DNA from: Lama glama
Lineage: Eukaryota
Assembly: GCA_028534125.1 (NCBI GenBank)
Contig: CM052817.1
Coordinates: 24,120,001-24,184,000, forward strand
DNA: 64,000 bases
Reading direction: 5' to 3'
Part shown: positions 39,140-51,840 of the stretch, one piece after another
Position numbering within the stretch: position 1 is the first letter of the stretch
Layout: every line of letters begins with the position of its first letter
Program-made: the position numbers and the translations under genes
Notes under the pieces: model-generated
The model's database searches: none
Told to the model about the DNA's origin: nothing
What the model saw: the letters and a program-made list of their open reading frames with translations, nothing else

Positions 39140-39900
39140 ATTTTGCTGATGCTTCTCAGATGTGTATCTCTAGTGCTGACATTTATCCTAAATACAAGGG
39201 CTATATTTTCACCCATTTTCTAGAACTATCTATCTGGAAGAACCATAAGAACAAGTGATGCAAATATGCTAAAACCAAACATATCATCTTGTGTTCCTAT
39301 TCCCATTTGTCCTCAAAGCTCCCTCTGCTCCCATTTTGCCTATATATGACCATTCTCGCCATAGGGGGCAAAATCTTGGAGTTTCACTGAAAAATCTTTG
39401 TACATGCCTGTATTATTTTTTACCTCAATTATTTTAATTACCCCCAAGTGGCCTCCTTTCCTTTGTCTTGGTACCTTCTGTTTATCCTCCAAATTATAAG
39501 GCAGAATCACTTATCTTGAATGCAAATCAGAACATTTCTCTCTTCTGTTGGGAAAGTCTTCAGTGATCCATCATTGTTTTCAGAATAAAGTAAAATACAA
39601 CAAGCAATTTCTTTTTCGGTCTTGTCCCTCTGGCGCCAGTACATATGTTGCCACAGATATCAGTTTCTATTTCCTACATGCATTGTGTGATCTCACAGAG
39701 CTCTCACACAGCGTTCCATTGCCTGGTTAACCACTTCCCTCACTCGGAAAATTCAGATCTTGAGGACTCAGGAATCATTTCATCACTACTCATTCCTGCC
39801 AGGCAAGCAGAATTACACGCATTTGTTCTTTAGCTCTTAAGAAGATTTACTGTATAGATCTTAAGGCTATATTGCTTTTTAGTTACCTCTTGCTCTGTGC
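39140..39900 (+). mobile_element. Highly decayed L2 fragments
   Basis: tgctgatgcttctcagatgtgtatctctag, aaaatcttggagt, tgcaaatcagaacat, ttcagaataaagtaaaa. Confidence 0.5.
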
Positions 39901-42900
39901 TTTTCTTAAAAACAAATAAATAGTGGCAGAAATTTATTACTGCACAAAACTGAACTTGCAAAGGGCAGAAATTTTAACACCATTAAGCCTTGTGTTTGCA
40001 TGTATATGCTCTCGCTCTCTCTCTTCCTCTCATCTTTTCGTGCTTCACATCAGAATATTTATTTTGTCTACTGAATGACAGGCATCCGTGTGTGGTGAGA
40101 AACATGGGAACATGGTCTCACTATATTAGACAGATATACTATCAGTACCCAAGATCAAAAAAACAGAGAGTTTTTTTTTTTCTCTCAGTCTAATTAGAAA
40201 AAAATTCAGAGAAGACTCATATTGGTTTCCTTGTGGTGGATGCTCACCTCTGGACCTGTCACTGTGGCTAGAAGGACTGAGTACTAGGATTGATTGTTCC
40301 TGACACATCCCTCCATGATGGGACCCAAGATTTAGGATGCCTTCTGTGCCATTCCCAGGTAGAGAAACTCTGGTCCTCCTGGGTTACCTACCACACTACC
40401 ATGTGACTACTCTGGGCTCTTTCACCAGAAAGTGAATTGGGTTAGGAGAGTCTGAGATCAACAAAAAGAAGAGTTATAATTGCCTCCGAACTCTTACTTT
40501 CTAAACCAGCCTAATTCAGATTCAGAGAGTCAGAGTCGTAGTCTTACAACACAACCTTAGTTATGCTAACCAGCCACTGCCTTCCTTAAATAAAATTCAC
40601 ATCCCTAGAAGTCATCCAGCCTTCCTCTGCAACAGGTTAAGTTGAAACAGGTTATGATTATTGGTGACATTTTTTCCTTTGGAAGCTTGCATTTGATTAA
40701 CCTAAACAAAATGGGAAAAGTGTTTGTTATTGAAGAAAGAGAATCCTCAAAGATTATACTGCTTCTAATGGGTGCCTTCTCACTGAGTTCAGTGAAATGT
40801 TATGAATCCACATTCCTTTCAATCCTGTGAAATTTTGAAAATTGTCTTTCCAGAAGGACAAAGGAATCTGTCACACATCAGCAATATTTCTGTCTTTTGA
40901 CAAACTGCTCTTTATGTTTCCTTTACTTTATGTAAGATCTTACCTATTCAAGTCTTTAGAAATGAAGGCATCAGCTTGGTTGACACTTCTCATAATTTAA
41001 AGTGAGAAACACTTATTTTAATACAAGATACAATCTCATTGCCAACAATTACGTTGTTTTATGTGTATCCAAGTGCCAGGGAAACAGTATTTCCAATGGT
41101 AAAAAACAACTTTCCTCTAGTAATACCACTTATTAATAGAATAATTGTATGAAGAATGAATTAGAATTAGACAAAAAGGATTTGTAAAAAAGAATCAGCA
41201 TATAAAGGCTTTATCTAAAGATCTGAAAAGTTTATGCTAGATGTGTAATTATTCATTGTTTAGCGTTTCTTGAAAGGACGGTTGGAGCTGCCTAAAGGAA
41301 AGGGAACATTAAAGTGGGGGTGAGTTCTCAATTGTAGGTAATAGAGTTGTGGTTTTTCTATTTAAAAGTATTAGGGTATCATCATATTAATGGACAGATT
41401 CAGAAAGGCAACAATGACTTGAAGGTTAAGGGTTCAGTCCTCAAAGTAAGACATAACTGGCTTTCAACTGAACAAATATGTAAGAATTAGACTCTGGAAA
41501 ATAAGATTTCTTTGGAATTTTGAATTTGCCAGACCCCTGCAGTTTGACAGTGCTGATCACAAGCTACTGCCTGTTTGTATTCAGTATGGGTCGCAGCAGA
41601 AATAGGCCATGGACGTAAGACTCCACAAGCCTGAGAAGCAGGGGTCTTGAATGTGAAGTCCCTGTAGCTTGACCTTAATTTCTTTAGGCACCTGTGCCAC
41701 AGGCATAGTAGCTACAAGGATTATTAGCAAAGAAAATCTTTTAATCCCAGGGAAAGCTCACTTTGTATAAAGTAGAGTTTCAGTTATTGCTCCTATTGGA
41801 CTTTTCAGCCAAGTATGTATGTCAGTAGACTGGGGCTTTGAACAGCAAAGGTGCCTGAAATCTATAGGTGCTACTTGAAATGAAGCAGAGAAATAATTCA
41901 GTAACAATGTTACAAGGGAGTGACATACCAAGAATGTGAATATGAAATCCTGGACTCTCCTTCCCCTCCTATGACATGGATTGAACAACAATGAATGTAT
42001 CAACTCTCTTTGTGAGAAATCAAGAAACTAGTTAAGAGGGTTCTCCACCCCAGGTAAGTGAATAACTCTCAACTTTAAAACTAGCAGGGGAAGCAGAGAC
42101 ATCCTCTTACCAAAATACTCACCCCCAGAACAGTGCCCTATAATTAGGATGGAGCTTCCAGCTCCCAACTTCTCCCTGAGGAGTGAGTGAGGTGGTCTGC
42201 ACATCCAACATCCCCACTTCTCTGGGTTTCTACATGAGGGACTCACTTTTCTCTCTCTTCTTTGAGAGCTGATGGAGTATTATGCTAGTCCCTCAGGGGC
42301 TACAGAGAACAAAACAATAGTCAGGACTAGCATGCAGGCATTGATCACAGCTCTTCTGTCTGGCTCAGCGCAGAATGAGTGATGATACACCCAAGCTCTC
42401 AGCTTCCCCAAGGAGTAAAAGCACTGGACTGTGCATATAATTTCCAACACTTACAGGTGCTTCCAGAGAAACTGACTTCTATCTCACATGTTTCAGAGAT
42501 CAGACAGGGCCTAGCATATACCAGTCCCCTGTAGGGTACAGAGAGAAAAACTATGGTTTGAACTAGTGGGTGAGCACTTACCTCAGCTCCCTTCCTTGGC
42601 TTAGCATAGAGTGAGTGGGTAATACAACCCAGCTCCCAGTGTCGCCTTGAGGAGGGAAGAATTGGACTGCACACCCAGGATTTCAACTTCTCTGGAGCTA
42701 TCCAAAAGACTGGCTTCTCTCTTGTCTGTCAGAGTGCTGATGGGGCCTGGCATACTCTAGACACCTGGGTGCAGCAAGGAACAAAGACGATAGTACGGAC
42801 TAGTATTAACTTTAGAGAGGCCCACAAAAGGTCAGGCCAGGTTGAAAGTGAAAGATTTTTCCTGTACAAGGCCAATCTGAGAATATTGGGAGAGATGGCA

Positions 42901-42959
42901 GTTTTTGTTTTTGTTTTTGTTTGCATAAATACTAACTCAGAATCAAATAAAATTAACAA

Positions 42960-43986
42960 ACAGGATAAATTGATCCCAAGGAAGAAACCAGATATAACTC
43001 CAAAAGTCTACTTTAATGAAATAGAGTTATAGAATTTGCCTGACAAAGAATTCAAGCATGATAAAAATGTTCAATGAACAAAGGGAGAATTTCCAAAAAA
43101 TGGTAGAAAATTTTGAAAAGAGTGAAATAGAAATACTAGAGCTGAAGAATACAGTAAGTGAACTTAAAAATTCAATAGAAGGGTTTAATAGATTAGAAGA
43201 CACAGAAGAGAAAACCAGCAAACTTGAAGACAGGTCATTTAAAAGAGGAACATAAAGAGAAAAACTGAAGAAAGCTTAAGAGACTTATGGGACAACATCA
43301 AGTAGGTGATATGCGTTATGAAAATCTCAGAAAGAGAGGAGAGAGAAAGAGGATTACAAAGATTATTCAAAGAAATAATGGCTGAAACTTACCAAATCTA
43401 AAAAAGAAAATGGACATCAGATTTAGAAAGCTCAAAGGATTCCAAAAAAGTTGAATTCAAAGAAATTTACACCAGTGGGGAGGGTACAGCCTAAGTGGTA
43501 GAGTGCACGCTTAGCCTGCACGAGGTCCTGGGTTCAATTCTTAGCACCTCCTCTAAAAATAAAGCCTAATTACCTCTCCTCCCTACCAAAATAAAATAAT
43601 TAAATAATACATTAAAAAAATAATTTAAAAAAAAACAAAGAAATTTACACCAATGTACTTTATAATTAAATTGTCAAAATTCAGAGAATTTTGGAAAGTA
43701 GCAAGAAAAAAGTGACTTGTTGCATACATGGGAACTGTATAAGACCATCAGCAAAATTTTCTGCAAAAATTTTCCAGGGCAGGAGGGAGTGGAATGATAT
43801 ATATGATATTCTGAGGGGAAAAAAAAAAACCTGCCAACAAAGAATACTATACCTTGTAAAACTGACCTTCAAAAATTAAGGACAAATAAGACTGTCTCAG
43901 ACAAGCAAAAGCTGAAGGACCTACACCAGACTTGCTTTATGAGAAATGATTAAGGGAGTTTTTCAACTTGAAATGAAAGATACTAA
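42960..43986 (+). pseudogene. Decayed L1 ORF1p, interrupted by a SINE
   Basis: ORF-track pieces EILELKNTVSELKNSIEGFNRLEDTEEKTSKLEDR and IRPSAKFSAKIFQGRREWNDIYDILR...QRILY. Confidence 0.88.
43477..43635 (+). mobile_element. tRNA-Ala-derived SINE (camelid Vic-1-like) with 17-bp TSD
   Basis: GGGGAGGGTACAGCCTAAGTGGTAGAGTGCACGCTTAGCCTGCACGAGGTCCTGGGTTCAATT (tRNA-Ala-like A and B boxes), cctaattacctc body, AT-rich tail. Perfect TSD CAAAGAAATTTACACCA at 43458-43474 and 43636-43652. Confidence 0.9.
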
Positions 43987-44437
43987 ACAGCAACACAATA
44001 ACATATAAAGTATAGAATTCTTTGGTAAAAGTAAATATATTGACGAATATAGAATAATGTACTAGTGTAATAATGGTGGGTAAATCAATTTAAATACTAG
44101 TATAAAACTTTTTAAAGGTATTAAAATAACTACAACTAAAATACATTAAAGTATACATAATATGTATTGATATAAACTGTGATATCAATAACAAAGTGTT
44201 GGAAAGGAGTAAAAGTGTAGAGTTTCTTATGCAATAGAAGTTAAGTTGCTATCGGCTTAAAACAGACTGTTATAATTATGGTATTTTATATACACCCCAT
44301 GGTAACTGCGAAGAAAATACTATAGCTGTTATGCAAAAGAAAAATGAAAAGGAATCATAGCATACCAACACAAATAAACAAAAAACCCAAATAAAACAAA
44401 AAGGAAGACAGCAAAAGAAAGAAAAGGAATTAACAAA

Positions 44438-47400
44438 ATGTCTATAGTAAATCCTCTTCTATCAATAATTACATAAAATAAAAAATGAATTAAATAAATT
44501 AAATTAATTCCTAATTAAAAGACAGAATAGCTGAATAGATAAAAAAACAAATTCCAACTGTATGCTGCATATAAAAGGCTCACTTCAGATTTCAGGACAC
44601 ACATGGGCTGAAAGAAAAAGGATAGGAAAAGATATTCCATGCAAATGGTAACCAAAAAAAAAGCAGAGGTGGTTATGTCTATAGCAGACAAAATAGACTT
44701 TAAGTCAAAAACTGTCACAAAACACAAAGAAGAACATTAAATAATGATAAAAGGGTAGATTCACCAAGAAGATATATTAATTCTTAATATAGATATACCC
44801 ACCATCAGTGCTCCTAAATATGTAAAGTATTAACAGTATTGAAGGGAGAAATAACAATACAATAATATCCCAATCTCAACAATGAATAGAACAACGAGAC
44901 AGAAAATCAACAAACAGTGGACTTGGACAATATTATAGATGAATCTAACAGACATATATAGAATAGTCAAACAAACAGCAGTAAAAAATGTACTCTTCTC
45001 AAGCACACAAAAAATTATCCGAGATAAATCACATGTTGGTTCATAAAACAAGTTTTAACAATTTTAAGATTGAAATCATACCAAGGGTCTACTCAAATCA
45101 CAATGGACTGAAAGTAGAAAACAACAGCAGAGGGAAAACTGAAAAATTCACCAATACATGGAAATTAAGCAACACACTTCGAACAACCAGTGGATCAAAG
45201 AAAGAAATAAAATGAGAAATTTAAAAATACCTAGGGACAAATGAAAATACAACATACCAAAATGTATGAATTTCAGGAAAAGCAGTATAAAGAGGGAAGT
45301 TAATGATGATAAATGTTTACATTGAAAAACAAGAAAGATCTCAAATAAACAGCTTAACTTTATGTTTCAAAGAACTAGAAAAAACAAATTAAATCAAATT
45401 TAAATGTTAGCCAGAAGGAAGTAATAAAGAACAGAGCAAAAATAAATGAAAAAAAAAAAGAACAGAAAAAAGTCAATGAAACTGAGTTATTTTTTGAAAA
45501 GATAAACAAAATTAATATATTTAGCTACAAAAATTAAGAAAAGAGAGAAGATTCAAAGTAATAAATACAAAAATGAAACATGTTATAACTAATGCCACAG
45601 AAATAAAACGATTCATGAGAAATTACTATGAATAATTGCATGTCAAAAAATTGGGTAACTTAGAAAAAGTAAATGAATTCTTAGAAATGTTCAGCCTACC
45701 AAGACTGAATCATAAAGAAACAGAAATTCTGAAAAGCCCTATAACTAACAGGGAGATTGAGTTAGTAATCAAAAACCTCCCAACAAAGAAAAGTCCAGAA
45801 CCAGATGACTTCATTGGTAAATTCTACCAAACATTTACAGAGGAGTGCCAGTCCTTCTCAAACTCTTAAAAAATTTCAGTCTCTTCTTATGAGGCCAGCA
45901 TTACCTTGATACCAAAGCCAGACAAGACACGACAAGAAAAGAAAACTACAGGCCAACTTCCATGAAAAATATAGATGCAAAAATTCTCAACAAAATACCA
46001 GCAAATTGGGATACAAGGATGATTTAACATATGAAAGTCAATTAGTGTGATACACCATATTAACAGAATGAAGACTAAGAATCACACGATCATCTCAATG
46101 GATGCAGAAAAAGCATTTATTAAAATATATATTCTTCTATGATTAAAAAATCTCTCAACAAACTAGGAATAGAAGAAAATTAACTTAAAATAATAAAAGC
46201 CACATACAAAAAGTGCACAACCAACATCAAACTCAAGAGGAAAAAAACTGAAATCTTTTCCATGAAGATCAGGAACAAGACAAGAATGCTCACTCTCACC
46301 ACTTCTATTCAGCATATTAACTAGTCAGGGCAATTTGGCAAGAGAAATAAATGAAAAGCATCCAAATCAGAAAGAAAGAAATATAACTGTTCCTGTTTGC
46401 AGATGACATGATATTAAATATAAAAAAACCCTATTCCAACCAAAAAAAAGTTAGAATTGATGAATTCAGTAAAGGTACAGGATACAAAGTCAACATACAA
46501 AAACTTCATTGTATTTCTATATGCTAATTATGAATTGTCTGAAAAAGAAAATGGGGAAACAATCCCTCTTATAATAGTATCTAAAAGAATAAAATACCTA
46601 AAATAAACTTAACTAAGGAAGTGAAGGACTTCGATTTCAGTTCAGGATTGAAAACTGCAAAACATTTATAAAAGAAAGTAAAGAATACAAACAAATGAAT
46701 AGATAACCTGAGTTTATGGATTAGAAGACTTAATATTGTTAAAATATCCATACCATCCAAACCAATCTACAGATTCCATGCCATCACTACAAAAATTCAA
46801 AACGTGTTTTTTATAGAAATAGAAAAAAATCCTCAAATTAAAAAAAAAAAACACAGAAGAGTCCAAATATCCAGAATAGTCTTGAAAAAGAACAAAGCTG
46901 GCTTATCACCCTTCCTGATTTCAATATATTTACAAAGTTACCATAATTAAAATAGCATTGTACTTGTACAAAGACAGACATCTAGACTATTCAAACAAAA
47001 CAGAGAGCTCTAAAATAAATCCATGCATACTGATCTTTGACAAGGGTGCAATGAATAAACAGTAGGGAAAGGACAGTCTTTCAACAATGGAAAAATCGGA
47101 TATCCACATGCAAAGGAATGAATTTGGATGTCATACACAAAAATCAATTCAAAATGGATTAAAGGCAAACATTTTTCATGACATTGATCTTGGCCATGAT
47201 TTCATGCTTATGGCACCAAACCCACAGGCAATGGAAGCAAAAATACATAAGCTGGATTACATTAAACTAAGATGCTTGTACACAGCAAAGGATATAATCA
47301 AAGTGAAAAGGCAACCTATGGAATGGAAATAAAAACAAAACATATATATAATTAGGTTAATATTCATAATATATAAAGAACTCCTACCACTCAAAAGTAT

Positions 47401-47800
47401 GAAAAAAAAAAACCCCAAATAATCCAATTGAAAAATGGGCCAAGAACTCAAACAGACATTTCTCCAAAGAAGATATACATAAAAAGATGCTCAAAGTCAC
47501 TATTCACCAGAGAAATGGAAATCAAGATCACAATGAGTTATCACCTCATATTTGTTAGCATGGCTTTTATTAATAAAAACAAAGGACAACAAACATTGAT
47601 GAGGATGTGGAAAACCTGGATCCTTTGTACACTGTTGGTGAGAATGCAAAATTGTGCAGCTGCTATTGAAAATAGCAAGAAATTTCCTCAAGAAATTAAA
47701 AAGAGAACTACCATATGAGCAATCCAACTTCAGGTTATTTATCTAAAAAAATGAAATCAGAATTTTGAAGATATATTAGCACCCCTATGTTCACTGCAGC
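44438..47800 (+). pseudogene. Decayed L1 ORF2p (endonuclease/reverse transcriptase)
   Basis: ATG at 44438 (MSIVNPLLSIIT), endonuclease motifs (IFHANGNQKKA, SNHNGLK), LPTKKSPEPDDF, RT LFADDMI at ~46393-46413, C-terminal HCW motif ~47630. Many stops and indels. Confidence 0.92.
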
Positions 47801-48799
47801 AGTGCTCACAATAACCAAAATGTTGAAATAACCTAAATATCCCTTGAAGGAGAATAGATTTTTTTAAATGTGATATGTACATAAAATGGAGTATTATTCA
47901 GCTTTAAAAATGGCAAATCCAGCAGTACACAACAGCCTGTATGAACCTGGAAATCATAATGTCAAGTGAAATAAGCCAGTCACAAAGGACAAATATTGCT
48001 TGTTTCCATTTATGAGTTATGTAAATAGTCAAATTCATAAAAGAAATAATAGGACTGTGTTTGCTAGGAGAAAAATAGGAGTTTGCTAATCACCAAGTAT
48101 AAAATTTCAGTTATGCAAGTTGAATAATTTCTAGAGAGCTGATGTATAACATTGTGCCTAAAGATAACAATACTGTATTATATAATTAAAAAATCTGTTA
48201 AGTAGGTATAGATCTCATGTTGAGTGTTCTTAACCACAATATATTCTTTTCAAAAAGCCAAATAAAAATTAAAATGTTGCAAATGCAAAAGTTAAGGTGA
48301 CAATTTAAAAGGTCTGTTGTCTCTACGAATCAGATCTGCACAGAGAATAGAGAAGGAGCTGGAGTGTTTGGGAAAACATGTTTCATAACTACCATTAAGC
48401 CAGGAGCAACAGAAGAACACAAGTACAATAAAGGAAGATAGGCTGATTAAGCTGGAAGAGGAGAGATTTCTTTAGGAAAAAGGTTGACTATAGACAATAG
48501 ACAAGAGTAAGGTGAAGTGGAAAATGAGAACTTGAACATCTATATACACAGAAAACAAAAAATAAGTTGTGCCAGATTTACCTATTTTGAATTGACTTAG
48601 GTCTGCCTGGATGAAAAGTGTATTGTAATTTATTGCATAGCCCTGTCCTCTCACATCTAAACATTTGTTCTAGCCTACAAGTTATTTTTACAAATGTAGA
48701 CACCCTCTTATTTCCACACAAAATCCTGAGCATCAAATTCAACGCCTCTTCAATCTGGATCTAGCCTGTCCTCCTAGTCACAGCTCCTCATTTGTTTAT

Positions 48800-49880
48800 A
48801 CATTCATTTATTCAATAGCATTTACTTGGAATTTACCAGTTGCCAGGTACTTTGCTAGTACATGGAAGACAGTGCTAATAAGACATTTCGCAGTCTCCTG
48901 CAACATAGATTTACTATCTTGATGGAAAGACAAATATTGTAGACAATTTCCAAAGTCAGTTTTCAGTTGGAATTTTATTAAGAGTAAAGGCGACAAACAA
49001 CTGATCCAAGGTCATATAATAAAGGGACTTAACCAAGTCTTCCCTGTCAGATAAGTGTGCCCTGAGGAAATGGGGGCTAGCCTTAGCTCTAATTTTGAGT
49101 GGGTATTAGCTGGAAGATAGAGAGACAGAAGCTTTGGAGGTAGAGAGAGAGCTCATTCCAAGCAGAAGGGAAAAGCACATGAGAAGGTCCTAAGGTAGTC
49201 AGAAGCAGATGTAGTCCACTTGAGGACGTAAAATGTGCTTAATGTTGTACAGTTAGAGCTCAGAATTCTCAAGATTAGCAAGTCAGGACTAACGTGACCA
49301 AGAAGTAGCTGGGTCATTACAGCTGCGTTGACCCAGGTGAAAAGAAGAAATTAGTTATGAGACTACAAGGGTGCTGTACCAGAGGAAGTCAATACACGGA
49401 GTGGTTGAAAGCAGGTTACTAGGGCTCCTAATGTAAGTGGAAATAAGAGATGAGATTGGAAGTTTGCACGAAGGTGTGGGGGCATTATAAGGCATTATAA
49501 GACAGGGTCACACTTGTATTTTAATTTATCTTATTTTATTTTTATTGAAGTATAGTTGAAATATATTAGTTCCAGGTGTGCAACATGGTGATTTGATGTT
49601 TTTATACATTACAAAATGATCACTACTATGAGCCATTACCATCTGTCACCTACCAAGCTATTACACTCTTATTGACTATATTCCCTATGCTGTACATTAC
49701 ATCCCCCAACCACTTTATAACAGGAAATTTGGACCTCTGAATCCCCTTCACTTATTCCACCCAACCCCCACCACCTCCCTCTCCTCTGGAATACTTGCAT
49801 TTTTAAAAAGGTCAGCATGACTACAAACTGAAGAATGGTGGTCAGAGACATGTAGGGACAAAGAAAGCAGGTGGAGACCG
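48800..49880 (-). mobile_element. L2 LINE fragment interrupted by an L1 3' end
   Basis: cattcatttattcaa...tgccaggtactttgctag...cattccaagcagaagg...cacttg(t/c)atttt...aaggtcagc. Confidence 0.7.
49523..49792 (-). mobile_element. 5'-truncated L1 3' end with TSD
   Basis: T-rich tail, attgaagtatagttga...ttattgactatattccctatgctgtacattacatcccc. TSD ACTTGTATTTT (49512-49522) / ACTTGCATTTT (49793-49803). Confidence 0.85.
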
Positions 49881-51337
49881 ATGCTCTCACTCACAATTCC
49901 CTAAATGTGCCTTAAGACTTCTCACCCCTGCATCACTGCTGACTCGTTTTTCCTTTTGAAATATGTTGCCTCTGTCAACCCCTTTCCCTATCTCAACATA
50001 TCAAAATTTCGTATGTCCTTCATTGCCCTACCAAAATTCTGCTCCTTCATAAGTCTAACCATCAATCAGTATGGTTCTGAAAGATCATCTTATTCTCTAG
50101 GAATTAATTCCTCTTACTTTCAGTCGATCCATTTATACTTAGAACATTTTTGTACCACTTTGTCATACTTCAGACAGTTTACCTTTATTCTGTATTGGCT
50201 GCAAGGATTTTTCTAGTCCTCATTTTTTTGAGGACATATATCTTTTCGCTCTGTATCCTTCTAGCATCTAGGATAGTGCTTACAAACAACAGATGGTAAT
50301 TTAAAAAAAATTTAACTATCTGTAACATGAAGATTCTCAATGCATGATTTGAAGGATGTTGGGGCACTTAACAGAGATATCCAAAATGGGAAGTTCAGCA
50401 AAGAACCTGACTGTTTTCTGCATAGATTATTTCATTACTCCCTTGCTGGGCTGCCAATATCACCTGATCCACATGTTAAAACCTGGTTTTTAGAGATTTC
50501 TTCAATTAGTATTGTCCTTTCTGATTGAGAAATAAGTGCAACCTTTTAAATGTTTTATTTCCAGAGTTAATATGTTTGTATGGTTGATGGATGTCATTAA
50601 TAAAATCCATTAGGAAAGAAAGAATATAAATAATTGCTCTGTGAAATGGAAAATGCTAATTGCTAGAGAGAGTCCAGGAGAATCGTTTTGCTTGGATAGG
50701 CAGCACCAAACTCTGTAATTGCTTAGTGCTCTCCCTTTGTGTTTTCATAGGAGCAACAACCAGTGATTTCTTGTTAGTCTATAGTTTTATTTGTACCATA
50801 CACCTGCTGCTTCTAAATGTAACAATTAACTTGTGCAATTTATAATTCTATACCTTCTTTAAAATCATCATAATTCTGCTTAGTTAAAAAGATAGTTTCC
50901 ACAGTATGTGTTTTGGGTTGTACTGGGATAAATCATTTAACTATCACATACAAAAAAAAAATCTTACTTCCCTTAACTACTTTTCTGAAGGGCAGCCTCC
51001 TTAGGTACTTGTGTTGTTCTCTCCAAACTGTTTTATCTGACACCAAACATAGGCTTCACATTTCCAAGTAAAGTACAACATCTCTCAAGGTTTGTTGTCA
51101 TGTTTCCAATCCTGTGGGTGTCTCCCAGGCAACAGAATTTTAGGGGGACTAAACATAGTATATGAAAAACAGATGGAAATTGAGATGTTGATCAAGTGAA
51201 CAGTGGAAACTAGAAAAATGACAGACCTTATATAGATGTTTATAACCTAATGATACTGCAAGGAGCAAGTAGTGAAAATTGACTGCTGATATACCAGCCT
51301 ATAATAGACAGAGCTGGAGGTAGGCTGTCTTGACCAA

Positions 51338-51840
51338 TATGGAAGGCAGGATAATTTCTGCAATTCCCCAAATATGGCCACATCCTAATTCCCAGAATCT
51401 AAGAATAGGTTAGGTGACATGAGAAAGAGGAATTAAGGTTGCTAATCAGTTGACTTTATAATAAGAAGGTTATCCTGTATTATCTAGGTGGGCCCAATGT
51501 AATCACATGTCCTTAAAACAAAAAGTAGGAAAAGGAGGCAGAAGAGTCAGAGAGAGCTGTGACTACAACCAGACAGACAGAAAAGCAACACTGTTGGCTT
51601 TGAAGATGGGGGACAGGATCCAAGCATTAAGGCAGGCTGGTGGCCTCTTAAAAAGAAGTAAGGAAATGAATTCTCCCCTGGAATCTCCAGAAAGAAATGC
51701 AGCCTTGCCAGTGCCTTAATTTTAGTCCACTGGGGCCCAATTTGGGTTTCTGACATCCAGTAATGTACAGTAACAAATTCATGTTGTTTCAAGTCACAAA
51801 ATTTGTGGTAGTTGGTTACAGCCATGATAGGGAAATAGTA
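51338..51840 (+). mobile_element. MaLR LTR (MLT1D-like)
   Basis: ccacatcctaattccc...ggaattaaggttgctaatcag...ggtgggcccaatgtaatcac...ggctttgaagatgg...ttctcccctgga...tttgtggtagttggttacagc. Confidence 0.85.

Larger units (their letters stand above)
41916..48270 (+). mobile_element. Full-length decayed LINE-1 (L1MA/L1MB age) with TSD
   Basis: 5'UTR ~41916-42950, ORF1, spacer, ORF2, 3'UTR ending gatctcatgttgagtgttcttaaccacaat plus A-rich tail. Probable TSD acaatgttacaa (41904-41915) / aaaatgttgcaa (48271-48282), 10/12 identical. Confidence 0.93.

Noticed and set aside
43477..43552. tRNA-Ala-like sequence as a functional tRNA gene
   Set aside because: Stem mismatches, a SINE body and A-rich tail follow, and a 17-bp TSD flanks it. 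It is a SINE.
41916..48270. Active or domesticated L1
   Set aside because: Both ORFs carry many stops, frameshifts and deletions, and ORF1 has a SINE insertion. No long preserved frame remains.
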